In this document: piece by piece, positions 8,534 through 17,690 of the stretch | How the letters are laid out: every line of letters starts with the position of its first letter | How positions within the stretch are numbered: position 1 is the first letter of the stretch | The notes under the pieces: model-generated | The model's database searches: none | What the model was told of the DNA's origin: nothing | The model's input: the letters and a program-made list of their open reading frames with translations, nothing else | Source of the DNA: a virus | Length of the DNA stretch: 64,000 nucleotides | Strand: one strand, 5' to 3' | IMG/VR virus record: IMGVR_UViG_3300021961_008157 | Position numbers and translations under genes: made by a program

Positions 8534-11002
8534 TTATGCACGAATATGTTGCAAAATAGTGTTTACCAGTAGCTGTCGCCCCACTGGTTTAATTAACACA
8601 TCATCCATACCACTTGCAAGTGCTTCTTTACGCATAAATTCAGACCCATTGCCAGTTACTGCCACAATAGGCAACCGATTCAGCTGATCCACTGATTTAG
8701 CACGGATCAGGCGTGTGGTCTCCAAACCATCTACCATGGGCATTTGAATATCCATCAACACTATATCAATGCTACCGTGAAGTGTATCTAACTGTTTAAG
8801 TGCATCATAACCATTAGATGACTGGAACACTTCTGCCCCCGCGTCTTCTAGCATTGTAACAAGTGCAATACGATTGGTTGTCATATCGTCCACAACCATA
8901 ATGCTTAATCCGTCTAAGGGCTTTTCGTCCTTAAACGTGTCACTGTCAAATTCTTTTTCAAACGGTACAACAATAGTAAAACTAAATGTAGACCCTACAC
9001 CCAGTTCGCTTGTTACAACAATTTCACTGTTCATTGCTTGCACCAAGCGGCGTGAAATTGCAAGGCCCAAGCCAGTGCCCCCATATTTTCTTGTGTGTCC
9101 CGAATCCGCTTGAGTAAATGGCGTAAACAGCTTTTTCAGCATTTGTTCGCCCATACCAATTCCAGTGTCAACAACTGTAAATTTAATTGTGGCCTTTGAT
9201 CGATTGTCTGAGGGTTGCAATTCAATGGAAACAGTAACCCTACCAGTTTCAGTAAACTTTACAGCATTGTTTGTTAAGTTAACCAATACTTGTAGCAATC
9301 GCGAATCATCAACTATTATGTTTCTATCCACCAATGCTGGATCTAAATTCATTAATACAATTACATTTTCGTTTGTTTGACTGTTGCTTATAATAGCATT
9401 TAGATTGTCAACTAGTGAAGGCAAACTGGTTACAACTGGATCAAGATCCAGTTGTCTTGCTTCCATTTTGCTGTAATCTAAAATGTCATTAACAATACGC
9501 AATAGTAGTTGACCTGAATCTTTAGCAACTTCCACACAATATTTGGCTTTATCATTTAAGTCATATCGCGATAGCACTTCTAACATGCCAAGCACACCGT
9601 TTAGTGGTGTTCGCACTTCATGGCTTACAACAGATAAAAATTCTTGCTTGGCTTGTGCACTTGCCTTTACTTCTTCAAGCAGTTGATGATCAGCAGTCAT
9701 GTCCAACAGTTGCACAAACAAGTGTGGGCTGTTGCTAATGCTAATACGGCTAAAAATCATACGCACATCCACATGATCTGCATGTGTCATTGGGCCCACA
9801 TATTCAAACACTTGATCTTCACCTGTAGTCATTACAGTTTTTGCAATGGCATCGCAACCAGTTTTTGTCCACCAGTTGGATGTAAACACATTTGTGTTTT
9901 CCAGTTGAGCCACGGTGGCGCCTGCTATTCTATAAAGCGCACGATTTGCCCAAACAAGATTGCCCCGCTGATCAAATATAGATTTACCATATACTGCACG
10001 ATCCATTATTTTTCTTAGGTCTTGCAGTTCTGTTTCTTGTCGCTGTTTAACCAGCCTCGACAGTTGAAACAACACAAAAAATCCTGTTACAACACCAAAC
10101 AGGCAGGCAAATATAATCAATGATTCAGTGCGAGCAGGCCAATTAATTGGCATTGGTTTGCTGCGAAACATTTTAACTTCCAACACCAAATAGTCCGGCG
10201 CGGCAGATGAGTTGCCGCCAGTGGAAATCAAGTCCGAAAACGCAAACCGGCCATCAACTGCCCTTGGAATCAGCGTCCAACGATTTATTATAGGAAAAGC
10301 AGTTTCTTGATTTACTAACTTGTCAGCATACACTTGCTGTAATTCGCCGGGACTTGATCCTAACAAAATTACTGGATGTATGTCATTTTCATTATCAGCA
10401 TATGTTTCAAGTGCTGGCAAGTCAGCTATCGCGTTAGGCAGTTTAAGCAAAGATATACCGAGGCCAAGTAGTATACCGTTTTTGTCATAGCGGGGAGTAC
10501 GATAAATCAAACCGGTACCACCTTGAACCAACTTAAATGGACCTTCCCAAGCACCTTGACGAGTATTAATAATATTTCTTACTGCCGGGCGTTCTGCCAA
10601 TAAGTTAAGTCCCATTGCAGCTTCGTTGCCTTCTAGTGGAACTATTTGCGTAATAACAGTTCGATGATCTGCCCATTGTGCAACTGAATTGTGTCCTGAC
10701 AGCCCAACAAGACTGCCAGCACTAGACTGAAAGCTGCTGTTATTTGATAATACTTCAAGCGGTAAGTTGGATGTGCTGATTGCCAGACGCTTGGCTTGGT
10801 CCAGTCTATTTGATATAGCTCTAGCAATACGATCACTGGCCGCGTCAGCCTTAGCGTGCCACACTTGCTCTTGTTCTTTGATATAGTCTTTTTGCCAAAA
10901 CAATCCACCGAGCAAAAACACCGCCGCCCCAATAACACCCGCAACGATGGAGGCACGGTATATGTGTTGTTTAGCAGAGTCAGACAAGTTTCGCATTTTC
11001 AC
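8534..11002 (-). CDS. Hybrid sensor histidine kinase (CHASE-PAS-HisKA-HATPase-REC)
   Basis: Two TM segments, CHASE-like GPFKLVQGG, SHEVRTPL H-box, N/G boxes (NAVKFT, DTGIG, GGTGLGL), receiver domain VVDD...MDIQMP...KP. Confidence 0.92.
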   Translation of the reverse strand: MKMRNLSDSAKQHIYRASIVAGVIGAAVFLLGGLFWQKDYIKEQEQVWHAKADAASDRIARAISNRLDQAKRLAISTSNLPLEVLSNNSSFQSSAGSLVGLSGHNSVAQWADHRTVITQIVPLEGNEAAMGLNLLAERPAVRNIINTRQGAWEGPFKLVQGGTGLIYRTPRYDKNGILLGLGISLLKLPNAIADLPALETYADNENDIHPVILLGSSPGELQQVYADKLVNQETAFPIINRWTLIPRAVDGRFAFSDLISTGGNSSAAPDYLVLEVKMFRSKPMPINWPARTESLIIFACLFGVVTGFFVLFQLSRLVKQRQETELQDLRKIMDRAVYGKSIFDQRGNLVWANRALYRIAGATVAQLENTNVFTSNWWTKTGCDAIAKTVMTTGEDQVFEYVGPMTHADHVDVRMIFSRISISNSPHLFVQLLDMTADHQLLEEVKASAQAKQEFLSVVSHEVRTPLNGVLGMLEVLSRYDLNDKAKYCVEVAKDSGQLLLRIVNDILDYSKMEARQLDLDPVVTSLPSLVDNLNAIISNSQTNENVIVLMNLDPALVDRNIIVDDSRLLQVLVNLTNNAVKFTETGRVTVSIELQPSDNRSKATIKFTVVDTGIGMGEQMLKKLFTPFTQADSGHTRKYGGTGLGLAISRRLVQAMNSEIVVTSELGVGSTFSFTIVVPFEKEFDSDTFKDEKPLDGLSIMVVDDMTTNRIALVTMLEDAGAEVFQSSNGYDALKQLDTLHGSIDIVLMDIQMPMVDGLETTRLIRAKSVDQLNRLPIVAVTGNGSEFMRKEALASGMDDVLIKPVGRQLLVNTILQHIRA

Positions 11003-11343
11003 TACTGCGGAATTTGCGGTATACTAGACGTGTTCCCAGTTAAAATACTGCTTGTGTTGCTGAGTTCAAATATCCGTTTTCTAGTTTCTGAATCAAGACT
11101 ATTAACAACGGCCAGCATGTTGAACTTTAATTTGTTTAGATCTTTTTCTTGTGCAGACAGCCTGTCCTGCTGCTCTTTAATGTCATTTTGATAATCAACC
11201 AGTTTAGCATAGCGTTTTTCAAACCAAAAAGACAAGCCCACGCTTAATGCCATCAGCAGTAGTGTTACGGCCAACTGACGACTGGTCATTGACCGTATCA
11301 CCTTAATCACGCCAGCAGTTTTATCAATGTCGATTTCAGGCAC
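11002..11343 (-). CDS. Membrane-anchored coiled-coil protein
   Basis: One TM helix plus coiled coil; abuts the kinase start. Confidence 0.6.
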   Translation of the reverse strand: MPEIDIDKTAGVIKVIRSMTSRQLAVTLLLMALSVGLSFWFEKRYAKLVDYQNDIKEQQDRLSAQEKDLNKLKFNMLAVVNSLDSETRKRIFELSNTSSILTGNTSSIPQIPQ

Positions 11344-11345
11344 AA

Positions 11346-11591
11346 TTATCTCCTCAGTTGCTGCTGCTGTATGTCATCTACAATCATGCCCGTTAATGGA
11401 CCATTTGGTGTAGGTATAATACAGTATGTGCCAATGGGCTGAAACGGCACATATGCCCAACCCCAGGGAGTCATGCACACATTGCCCTCCCAATAACCAG
11501 TATATTGATTGTATCGTACTGCGCTAGCCACACTGATTGAAAAGACCGCTATTGCGGCACCAACAGCCAACCGTGCGATGGTTTTAAACAT
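11346..11591 (-). CDS. Small secreted Cys-containing protein
   Basis: Signal peptide from MFKT; the upstream ATG at 11606 abuts the terminator. Confidence 0.55.
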   Translation of the reverse strand: MFKTIARLAVGAAIAVFSISVASAVRYNQYTGYWEGNVCMTPWGWAYVPFQPIGTYCIIPTPNGPLTGMIVDDIQQQQLRR

Positions 11592-11606
11592 ACTGATATT
11601 TATCAT

Positions 11607-11629
11607 AAAAAAGCCCGCCGAAGCGGGCT
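11607..11629 (-). terminator. Intrinsic terminator (UUCG hairpin)
   Basis: agcccgc-TTCG-gcgggct followed by T run. Confidence 0.85.
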
Positions 11630-11657
11630 GGTTGTTACAAAATTTAAATAGATTTTT

Positions 11658-12464
11658 TTATGATTTAATAAGTAGGTGCGGGTAAATATCAAGCAATTTC
11701 TTAACAAACTTTGTTGATGTTAATATGTCAAAATGATGCTTATCTCTTGCAAAATCAACTTGTTCTACTGGGTGTATAAATTCTAATAATTTATTATTTA
11801 AAGAATTAAAATCTGCGTGCCAAGACAGTCTTGGGTCTAGTTGGGGGAGTGTTTTATCAATAGTAAAAGCTAATGGTATAATAGATTCTATTGCTACTTT
11901 GGTTGTTAATTTATTTCTTGCTTGAGTAAATTTGTGTAAATCATTATTAAAATTAAATTGATTTAAAAATTTGGATTTGTCATCGTCATAATATTTAAAC
12001 CACATCCTTCTTTCATTGTCGGGCAAACTTTCATCTGGTGATTCGTCACGATGACAATACGACCACATTATAATTATACGGTCCGGATTAATTTCTTTAA
12101 CTACTTCATTTACTTTTCTTGCTATCCATTCATTGCTAGCACCATCCATACTTACATTAATACATCGACGTTTGCTTTCTTTTTGCAGAATATATGGCCA
12201 TGTGTGCTCAATCGGCGATCCTAAGCCAACAGTAAAACTGTCTCCAAAGCACCAAATTGACTCTTTTAACTCGTCAATTGAATCTGGCCATTCGGTGTCA
12301 CGAAATCCGCGTGAATTATATACATAGGATATTTTTTCGGAGTACAGATAATTTGAAAAAAAATCTTTGTCAAGGCAATGAGCTTCGGAGTCTGAACCGC
12401 TTGTGTAAGCCTTGGTGTTTGATAGGTAATCTAATTTTAAAAATGGTAGTATGGTATTGTTCAT
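11658..12464 (-). CDS. SGNH/GDSL-like hypothetical protein
   Basis: NSRGFR, FGDSFT, GASN and DxxH motifs. Confidence 0.6.
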   Translation of the reverse strand: MNNTILPFLKLDYLSNTKAYTSGSDSEAHCLDKDFFSNYLYSEKISYVYNSRGFRDTEWPDSIDELKESIWCFGDSFTVGLGSPIEHTWPYILQKESKRRCINVSMDGASNEWIARKVNEVVKEINPDRIIIMWSYCHRDESPDESLPDNERRMWFKYYDDDKSKFLNQFNFNNDLHKFTQARNKLTTKVAIESIIPLAFTIDKTLPQLDPRLSWHADFNSLNNKLLEFIHPVEQVDFARDKHHFDILTSTKFVKKLLDIYPHLLIKS

Positions 12465-12469
12465 ACACG

Positions 12470-12492
12470 GTTATTTATAGTCTATAAATAAC
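12470..12492. promoter_or_regulatory. Back-to-back T4-like late promoters (TATAAATA) driving divergent genes
   Basis: Inverted repeat gttatttatag-t-ctataaataac between two divergent ORFs. Confidence 0.6.
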
Positions 12493-12495
12493 TTT

Positions 12496-13707
12496 ATGAA
12501 TGTTTTGATACTTACACCCGACAGAGTTGGTTCTACTTTACTGCAAAGAACGTTAACCGTTTACATGCTCAGAAGAGAATTTAATAAACCAGTGATTAAT
12601 TTGCACGAATTAACCAACGGTCTTAGAAAATATTATAATACCACGTTAAATCAAGAAGTTTTAGGAAAACCGGGAGACTTTTCTAAATGGGGTTATTATC
12701 AAACTCTTGATCAGATAACTGATTTGTTAAAAAGTGTTGATCATTATATTACTAGCAGGCTTGCACATTATCATATACTGAATAGAAAAGATACATTAAA
12801 CGACCAATTAAAATTTTATGAATATTTAAATGAAAATTTCTTTGTTATAAGTTGTAGAAGAGAAAATGTATTTGAACACGGGTTGAGTTGGATTATTCAA
12901 AGCGCAAGTAAAAAGTTGAATGTGTATTCTGCTATTGAAAAGGTTGATACATTTTATGATGTTTACAGCAATGGCATAACGGCACCTAAAATAGGATTTG
13001 TTAAATATCTTAATCAATATAAAGAATATGTAGAATGGGTTGATAGATATTTTAATGTTCAATCATACTTTCACTATGAACAATCAATCAACAACTTAGA
13101 GGAATACATTTTGAGTTTAGATTTTATGAAGCGAGAAAATAACAAATGGGAAAACATGTTTGATATTAGTTTTGATGATTGGAACAAGTGTCATAAAATT
13201 TTACCTGACTTAAAATTATACGAAAATGAAAACACTTATAACAAACAGTTAGAAATTCCAAGTAATTTACTATTTTCAAGAAAATCTAGCGAGAAATATC
13301 TTTTAGGAGTCAGTACACCTCAATTGTTAAAAAACAGTTCAAGCGAGCAAGAAGCCGATCAGAAGACTGGAAATAGCATTATTGAACATCAAACGGCCAG
13401 TGTGCCAGCATTTTTTCCAAACGAAGAAACATATAATTTTATTCAAAATAATATTGTTCCGTATATAAACACAGAAAATCAGTTGTCACAGTTGGTAAAA
13501 GACGGATTTTTAATAACAGGCATTCCAATAAAATTGCAAACATTTGCCGAGAAGAAAAAAATTATTAAAAACTACGATGAGTGTTTAATTTGGTTCAATG
13601 AATGGGCCGAAGAAACAAAATTCACAAAACCGTTTGTCGAAGACAATGATGTGTTAGCAAAAGAGTATACAAACTTTAATGTATCGAACACTCCATTATT
13701 AAAATAA
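12496..13707 (+). CDS. P-loop sulfotransferase-like protein
   Basis: N-terminal TPDRVGSTLL resembling the 5'-PSB motif; RRENVFE..LSW resembling the 3'-PB motif. Confidence 0.55.
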   Translation: MNVLILTPDRVGSTLLQRTLTVYMLRREFNKPVINLHELTNGLRKYYNTTLNQEVLGKPGDFSKWGYYQTLDQITDLLKSVDHYITSRLAHYHILNRKDTLNDQLKFYEYLNENFFVISCRRENVFEHGLSWIIQSASKKLNVYSAIEKVDTFYDVYSNGITAPKIGFVKYLNQYKEYVEWVDRYFNVQSYFHYEQSINNLEEYILSLDFMKRENNKWENMFDISFDDWNKCHKILPDLKLYENENTYNKQLEIPSNLLFSRKSSEKYLLGVSTPQLLKNSSSEQEADQKTGNSIIEHQTASVPAFFPNEETYNFIQNNIVPYINTENQLSQLVKDGFLITGIPIKLQTFAEKKKIIKNYDECLIWFNEWAEETKFTKPFVEDNDVLAKEYTNFNVSNTPLLK

Positions 13708-13710
13708 TTC

Positions 13711-13734
13711 AAAAGAAAACCCGCCGAAGCGGGC
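13711..13734 (-). terminator. Intrinsic terminator after tmRNA
   Basis: gcccgc-TTCG-gcgggt followed by U-rich tract. Confidence 0.8.
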
Positions 13735-13739
13735 ATCTG

Positions 13740-14110
13740 GTTGTTTATTTTACAAGGTAAGTCCTACCCCGGGTCTGGCTCAAAGTGCCAGTACAGCGGC
13801 CTTGCTACGGCTGTAGAACTTGATGTTCTTGCCGCTAACAGTTACGCTACCATTTGTAGATGCGTTTGCATTTACTAGTTTTATGCGATTAACGTTCGTC
13901 ATCTAACGTGCTGTCCAGTTCAATACTCTTTACTCAATCGATCGCTATGTCAGGCCCATCATAAACACATTGGATTTTGGATTCGAACCTTGTCCTAGTG
14001 TTGTCCATCTGCACTTCCCACAGTACTGAACCCTATGTGTTTATGGTGGACCTGCCCGGTACCGCCCCGGGGTCTTGAATCCTTTTCTATCACCTTCATA
14101 CAGCAATAAC
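13740..14110 (-). ncRNA. ssrA: Circularly permuted (two-piece) tmRNA
   Basis: The 3' acceptor half (...cccgg-GGCGGTA-ccggg-caggtcc-A-CCA, ending 14044) precedes the 5' half GGGCCTG (13957). G3:U70 pair present. Tag frame 13869-13780 after TAAAT: ANASTNGSVTVSGKNIKFYSRSKAAVLAL*. Outer boundaries approximate. Confidence 0.88.
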
Positions 14111-14128
14111 TTACATTATATATTTATT
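14085..14128. repeat. 44-bp direct repeat, copy 1 (tmRNA 5' end and -10 region)
   Basis: ttctatcaccttcatacagcaataacttacattatatatttatt, identical to 15142-15185. Confidence 0.95.
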
Positions 14129-14144
14129 TTAGCCAATGATAAGT

Positions 14145-15017
14145 TTATAGGTTATGCTTTTTCCATTCTGCACGAACCCTGGCTTTAGACTTTGCTGATA
14201 ATGGAACATAGTCCAAATCTTTTGCCATTGAGTCGCCATTTGTATAGCACCATTCAAAGAACTTGATTGCTTCTTTCGCAGAGCTATCTGGATAAACAAT
14301 GATGTAAGTTTCAGCAGTTAATTTGTAGTTGCCTTCTTTGAAATTATCAAAATTTGCTTCAACACCGTCTAACTTAGCAACAGTTAAACTATTGGATTTG
14401 GTGTAAGCATATTCAACGTATCCAATGGAACCAGGCAATCGCATAACCATTGCAGCAACACCGGCGTTGCCTTTACCTTGTGCAATGTTGTTACCTTCCC
14501 ATTTAACTGTCTTTCCTGGTTTAGTTGTAAAACCGTGTTTAGCCAGATAGTTTGTAAAAACAGAAGTAGTGCCAGAACTATCAGCACGGGATATCCGAGT
14601 AATTGCCAAGTCAGGCAACTTAGAATCAATTTGCTTCCAGTTTGTAACACGACCATCAAAAATATCAGCTATCTGTTTGCTTGTTAAATTTAACTCATTG
14701 GTCTTGACACCTGGAATGTTTACTACTGCAACAACACCACCCATGACCATTGGGAACTGGATCTGACCATTCTCATCCAACTCTGCTTGTTTAACTGCTT
14801 CGTCACTTGCACCAAACTGTACAATCTTTCCATTAATCTGTTTGATTCCGCCGCCAGAACCAATCGCCTGATAGTTGACTTGCACACCTGTTGCTTTGTT
14901 ATACTCTGCTGCCCATTTGCTATAAATCGGCGCAGGAAAGGTAGCTCCTGCACCAGTGACTGTAATTGCTTGAGCATTAATTGCAAATGCAGCAAGAAGC
15001 ATTAATAATTTTTTCAT
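14145..15017 (-). CDS. pstS: Phosphate ABC transporter substrate-binding protein
   Basis: GAGATFPAPIY, GSGGG, FGASD and RADSSGTT motifs. Confidence 0.95.
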   Translation of the reverse strand: MKKLLMLLAAFAINAQAITVTGAGATFPAPIYSKWAAEYNKATGVQVNYQAIGSGGGIKQINGKIVQFGASDEAVKQAELDENGQIQFPMVMGGVVAVVNIPGVKTNELNLTSKQIADIFDGRVTNWKQIDSKLPDLAITRISRADSSGTTSVFTNYLAKHGFTTKPGKTVKWEGNNIAQGKGNAGVAAMVMRLPGSIGYVEYAYTKSNSLTVAKLDGVEANFDNFKEGNYKLTAETYIIVYPDSSAKEAIKFFEWCYTNGDSMAKDLDYVPLSAKSKARVRAEWKKHNL

Positions 15018-15059
15018 TTGTAATTTCCTTTAATTTACATTTTTATTTAAACTAAGAAA

Positions 15060-15097
15060 GATTACATTTTTGTTACAAATATTACAATCGTGTTACG
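15060..15097 (-). promoter_or_regulatory. Tandem Pho-box-like sites upstream of pstS
   Basis: GTAACA-n5-GTAATA and GTAACA-n5-GTAATC half-sites with 11-bp spacing. Confidence 0.65.
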
Positions 15098-15141
15098 AAA
15101 CCAAAAATTTCTTAATTATTTTTTGGGGGATTTTAATATTG

Positions 15142-15185
15142 TTCTATCACCTTCATACAGCAATAACTTACATTATATATTTATT
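15142..15185. repeat. 44-bp direct repeat, copy 2
   Basis: Identical to 14085-14128. Confidence 0.95.
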
Positions 15186-15200
15186 CATTATTTTTGTCAA
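15172..15200 (-). promoter_or_regulatory. sigma70 promoter with embedded ATAAATA
   Basis: TTGACA-17 bp-TATAAT. Confidence 0.75.
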
Positions 15201-15264
15201 TCTCGTGAAAAATTTTTAAGTAAATTGGTGTAACTAAATATTTGTTAACTATCACAATCATTCA

Positions 15265-15513
15265 ATGAAACGTTTTTTTAATTTTAAGCATTTAACAAAT
15301 GCTCGAGTCTCGTACTTCAGGCATTTTAAATTTGCTATAAGTGAAGCATGGTTTTTGTTACTGATGTGTTTAGCTAGTGTTCTACATGCAATTTTTCCAT
15401 TTATCTTTGATTTTAAATTATTAGAATTAAGGGTTAATCGATTATTAGTGCTGCAAAAACTTTTACCTAAGCATGAAATTTGGAAAGATCTAAGAAATAA
15501 ATTAGATGAATGA
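15265..15513 (+). CDS. Small membrane protein (DUF6356-like)
   Basis: HL....SY..H..FA...HAIFPFIF pattern. Confidence 0.5.
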   Translation: MKRFFNFKHLTNARVSYFRHFKFAISEAWFLLLMCLASVLHAIFPFIFDFKLLELRVNRLLVLQKLLPKHEIWKDLRNKLDE

Positions 15514-16216
15514 AATTTATAAAAAGTGGTTACACGAAGGGTGCTATGTTTCCAGTAGTGGAACCACTGGCACTCCAAAAAAAGTATTCCAACCTCCTAA
15601 GAAATTGGTGGCCATGTGTGACGTTGCAATCAAACGTCAAAACATAGTACCAACCAGCCGAGTTTTAACTGTTTGCAAAATGGGACATGCCGGTGGTGCG
15701 CTGGCACAAACATTACCAGCGGTAAGCATTGGAGCATATGTTAGTATACAACCATTTAATGCATTTACATTTTTAACTGAACTATTAGAAAATAATTACA
15801 CCCATACACACTTAACACCCGATCACTGCAAAGCTGTTATGCTAACAAAAGGATGGGAAAATGCAAACTTATCCGGTATATGGGTAACATGTGGCAGCGA
15901 TCCTGTAACTTGGGATATAATCGAATCGTTTGTTAATCGTGGCGCAACATTTATGGCTAATTGGGGCATGAGCGAAATTGGTCCAGTGGCCATTAATTTA
16001 ATATTTGATAGTGTAGAAAAAGTAAAACATATTAAATCTTTTTGTCCTGATGGCTGTACCATCATGGGCGATACATACTGTTGTGATTATAAAGTTGTCA
16101 ACGACGTGCTGCATGTCAATGGCGACATATCAGTTTACGATGATTGGTATAATACCAAAGACAAAGTTAAAGTTGTAAATGATATAATGTTTTACAACGG
16201 TAGGGCGTTAGACTAG
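15506..16216 (+). CDS. Truncated AMP-binding (acyl-CoA ligase-like) protein
   Basis: SSGTTGTPK, WGMSEIGP and YNTKD motifs of ANL enzymes in only 236 aa. Confidence 0.75.
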   Translation: MNEIYKKWLHEGCYVSSSGTTGTPKKVFQPPKKLVAMCDVAIKRQNIVPTSRVLTVCKMGHAGGALAQTLPAVSIGAYVSIQPFNAFTFLTELLENNYTHTHLTPDHCKAVMLTKGWENANLSGIWVTCGSDPVTWDIIESFVNRGATFMANWGMSEIGPVAINLIFDSVEKVKHIKSFCPDGCTIMGDTYCCDYKVVNDVLHVNGDISVYDDWYNTKDKVKVVNDIMFYNGRALD

Positions 16217-16218
16217 GC

Positions 16219-17037
16219 TTATTTCGAAGCAAGGTCAATATAATTATCAAACATATCGCCGATAATTTTTGCTCTTTGCTTTATATTTTTGTTGCCCAGC
16301 GTAACCATAGTGTAAAGAACACCATCCTTTTCCACTAACATAGCCAAACAACGACCAGCAGCAGTAGTCCACCCAGTTTTGGTTAGAACTATTTCGTTGT
16401 GCTTGAACACCCATTGATTGGTATTACGCAATTGAATTTTCACTGGCTTTTTGCGTTTTGGCGGAGTGTATTCAACCAGGTACTGTTGAGTGCTGCTTAG
16501 GAACTTGATCAGTGGATACTTGTTTAGCGTTAATAAAAATTCTGTCAACTCGCGCACCGTGCTAACATTTGCACTTAGCAGTCCTGTGCTGTCAGCAATC
16601 TTGGTGTTTACCAGTCCCATCTTTTCAACATGCATATTAGCATCGATTAAAAACTGTTCATAACCACCGGGATGTGCGCGGGCCAGCGACTCAGCTGAAC
16701 GATTGTCGGAACTCATCAGCATAGCTCGTAGTAGTTCATAGCGTTCAACCCGTGCGCCATTGGCAAAACGTCCCGAGCTCCTACCGTTTACTTTGATGGG
16801 TTCATATAAATTAACGCCGCTGTTTAAAACAGTATAAGCAGTAAACAGTTTGGTAATGCTGGCTATGCTACGAACATCTTGTGTTTCTTTTTCAAGTTCA
16901 AACCGTTGCTCGCGAGCATTGTACAATCCATAACTGTTGTACTCTGCTTCATCAGCAAGGCTGCTCCTTGAAAACAACAATGCCAAAACCGCAAAGGATA
17001 GGTATGCGATGCCTTTAATCATGTTAATACTTAGCAC
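16219..17037 (-). CDS. Peptidase S11 D-Ala-D-Ala endo/carboxypeptidase (PbpG-like)
   Basis: SITK (SxxK), SDN (SxN) and KTG motifs; signal peptide. Confidence 0.9.
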   Translation of the reverse strand: MLSINMIKGIAYLSFAVLALLFSRSSLADEAEYNSYGLYNAREQRFELEKETQDVRSIASITKLFTAYTVLNSGVNLYEPIKVNGRSSGRFANGARVERYELLRAMLMSSDNRSAESLARAHPGGYEQFLIDANMHVEKMGLVNTKIADSTGLLSANVSTVRELTEFLLTLNKYPLIKFLSSTQQYLVEYTPPKRKKPVKIQLRNTNQWVFKHNEIVLTKTGWTTAAGRCLAMLVEKDGVLYTMVTLGNKNIKQRAKIIGDMFDNYIDLASK

Positions 17038-17049
17038 AGGGCTAAAAAT

Positions 17050-17139
17050 TGGCGGAAGCGGTGAGATTCGAACTCACGATACCGGTTAAGGTATGACGGG
17101 TTAGTAATCCGTTGCCTTCGGCCACTCGGCCACGCTTCC
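17050..17139 (-). tRNA. tRNA-Ser(ACT)
   Basis: Ser-type body (GGAAGCG acceptor, long variable arm, G73, CCA); anticodon loop TT ACT AA. Confidence 0.85.
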
Positions 17140-17636
17140 TAAAATTGTCCATTAACTGATCGTAATCTAGCATTACCCAAATCACGAAAACGATCTGCTG
17201 CATAACTTGCAGCAAACGCATGGGGTTTAACTGCGGGGGTAAGATTACAAGTTCCTTTTATATATCCAATGGCTTGTGCAATTACACAATTAGAACCATG
17301 TGTTTCATCGGGATTGATGTCTAAATGTACTTCAACAAACCTGCCGGCAAACGAGTCACTTAATCGCTGATACATGTCGGACACTTTATAAACTTCGTTC
17401 ATCAGTCGCAATGCGGGACGACCCACACGATTATCCCAGTCACGCTCCCGCACCACTTCTCCGAATATTTTACAGCCACTATTGCCATTAATGTGCACCA
17501 CAATGGCTAGAGTGTAATCTGCATACCAACCGTCGAATAGTTTAACACGCTCACTGTCACAACCTAGGTAGATACGGGTTTCGGCGCTTTGGGCTTGAAT
17601 AAACTCCTTGACCTGCTCTATGTCGATTGTTTGCAT
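17139..17636 (-). CDS. RNase H-like YkuK (DUF458) family protein
   Basis: IYLGCDS, EVHLDIN and KP.AFAASYAAD motifs. Confidence 0.85.
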   Translation of the reverse strand: MQTIDIEQVKEFIQAQSAETRIYLGCDSERVKLFDGWYADYTLAIVVHINGNSGCKIFGEVVRERDWDNRVGRPALRLMNEVYKVSDMYQRLSDSFAGRFVEVHLDINPDETHGSNCVIAQAIGYIKGTCNLTPAVKPHAFAASYAADRFRDLGNARLRSVNGQF

Positions 17637-17690
17637 GTTAAATTATTTATGGTGCACTTAATTGTATTTGAATAAACAAAATACTTAATT

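Noticed and set aside
17050-17139. Amber suppressor reading (CTA within TTACTAA) or genetic code reassignment
   Set aside because: The centred anticodon of the 7-nt loop is ACT, and long ORFs end normally at TAG, TGA and TAA under the standard code
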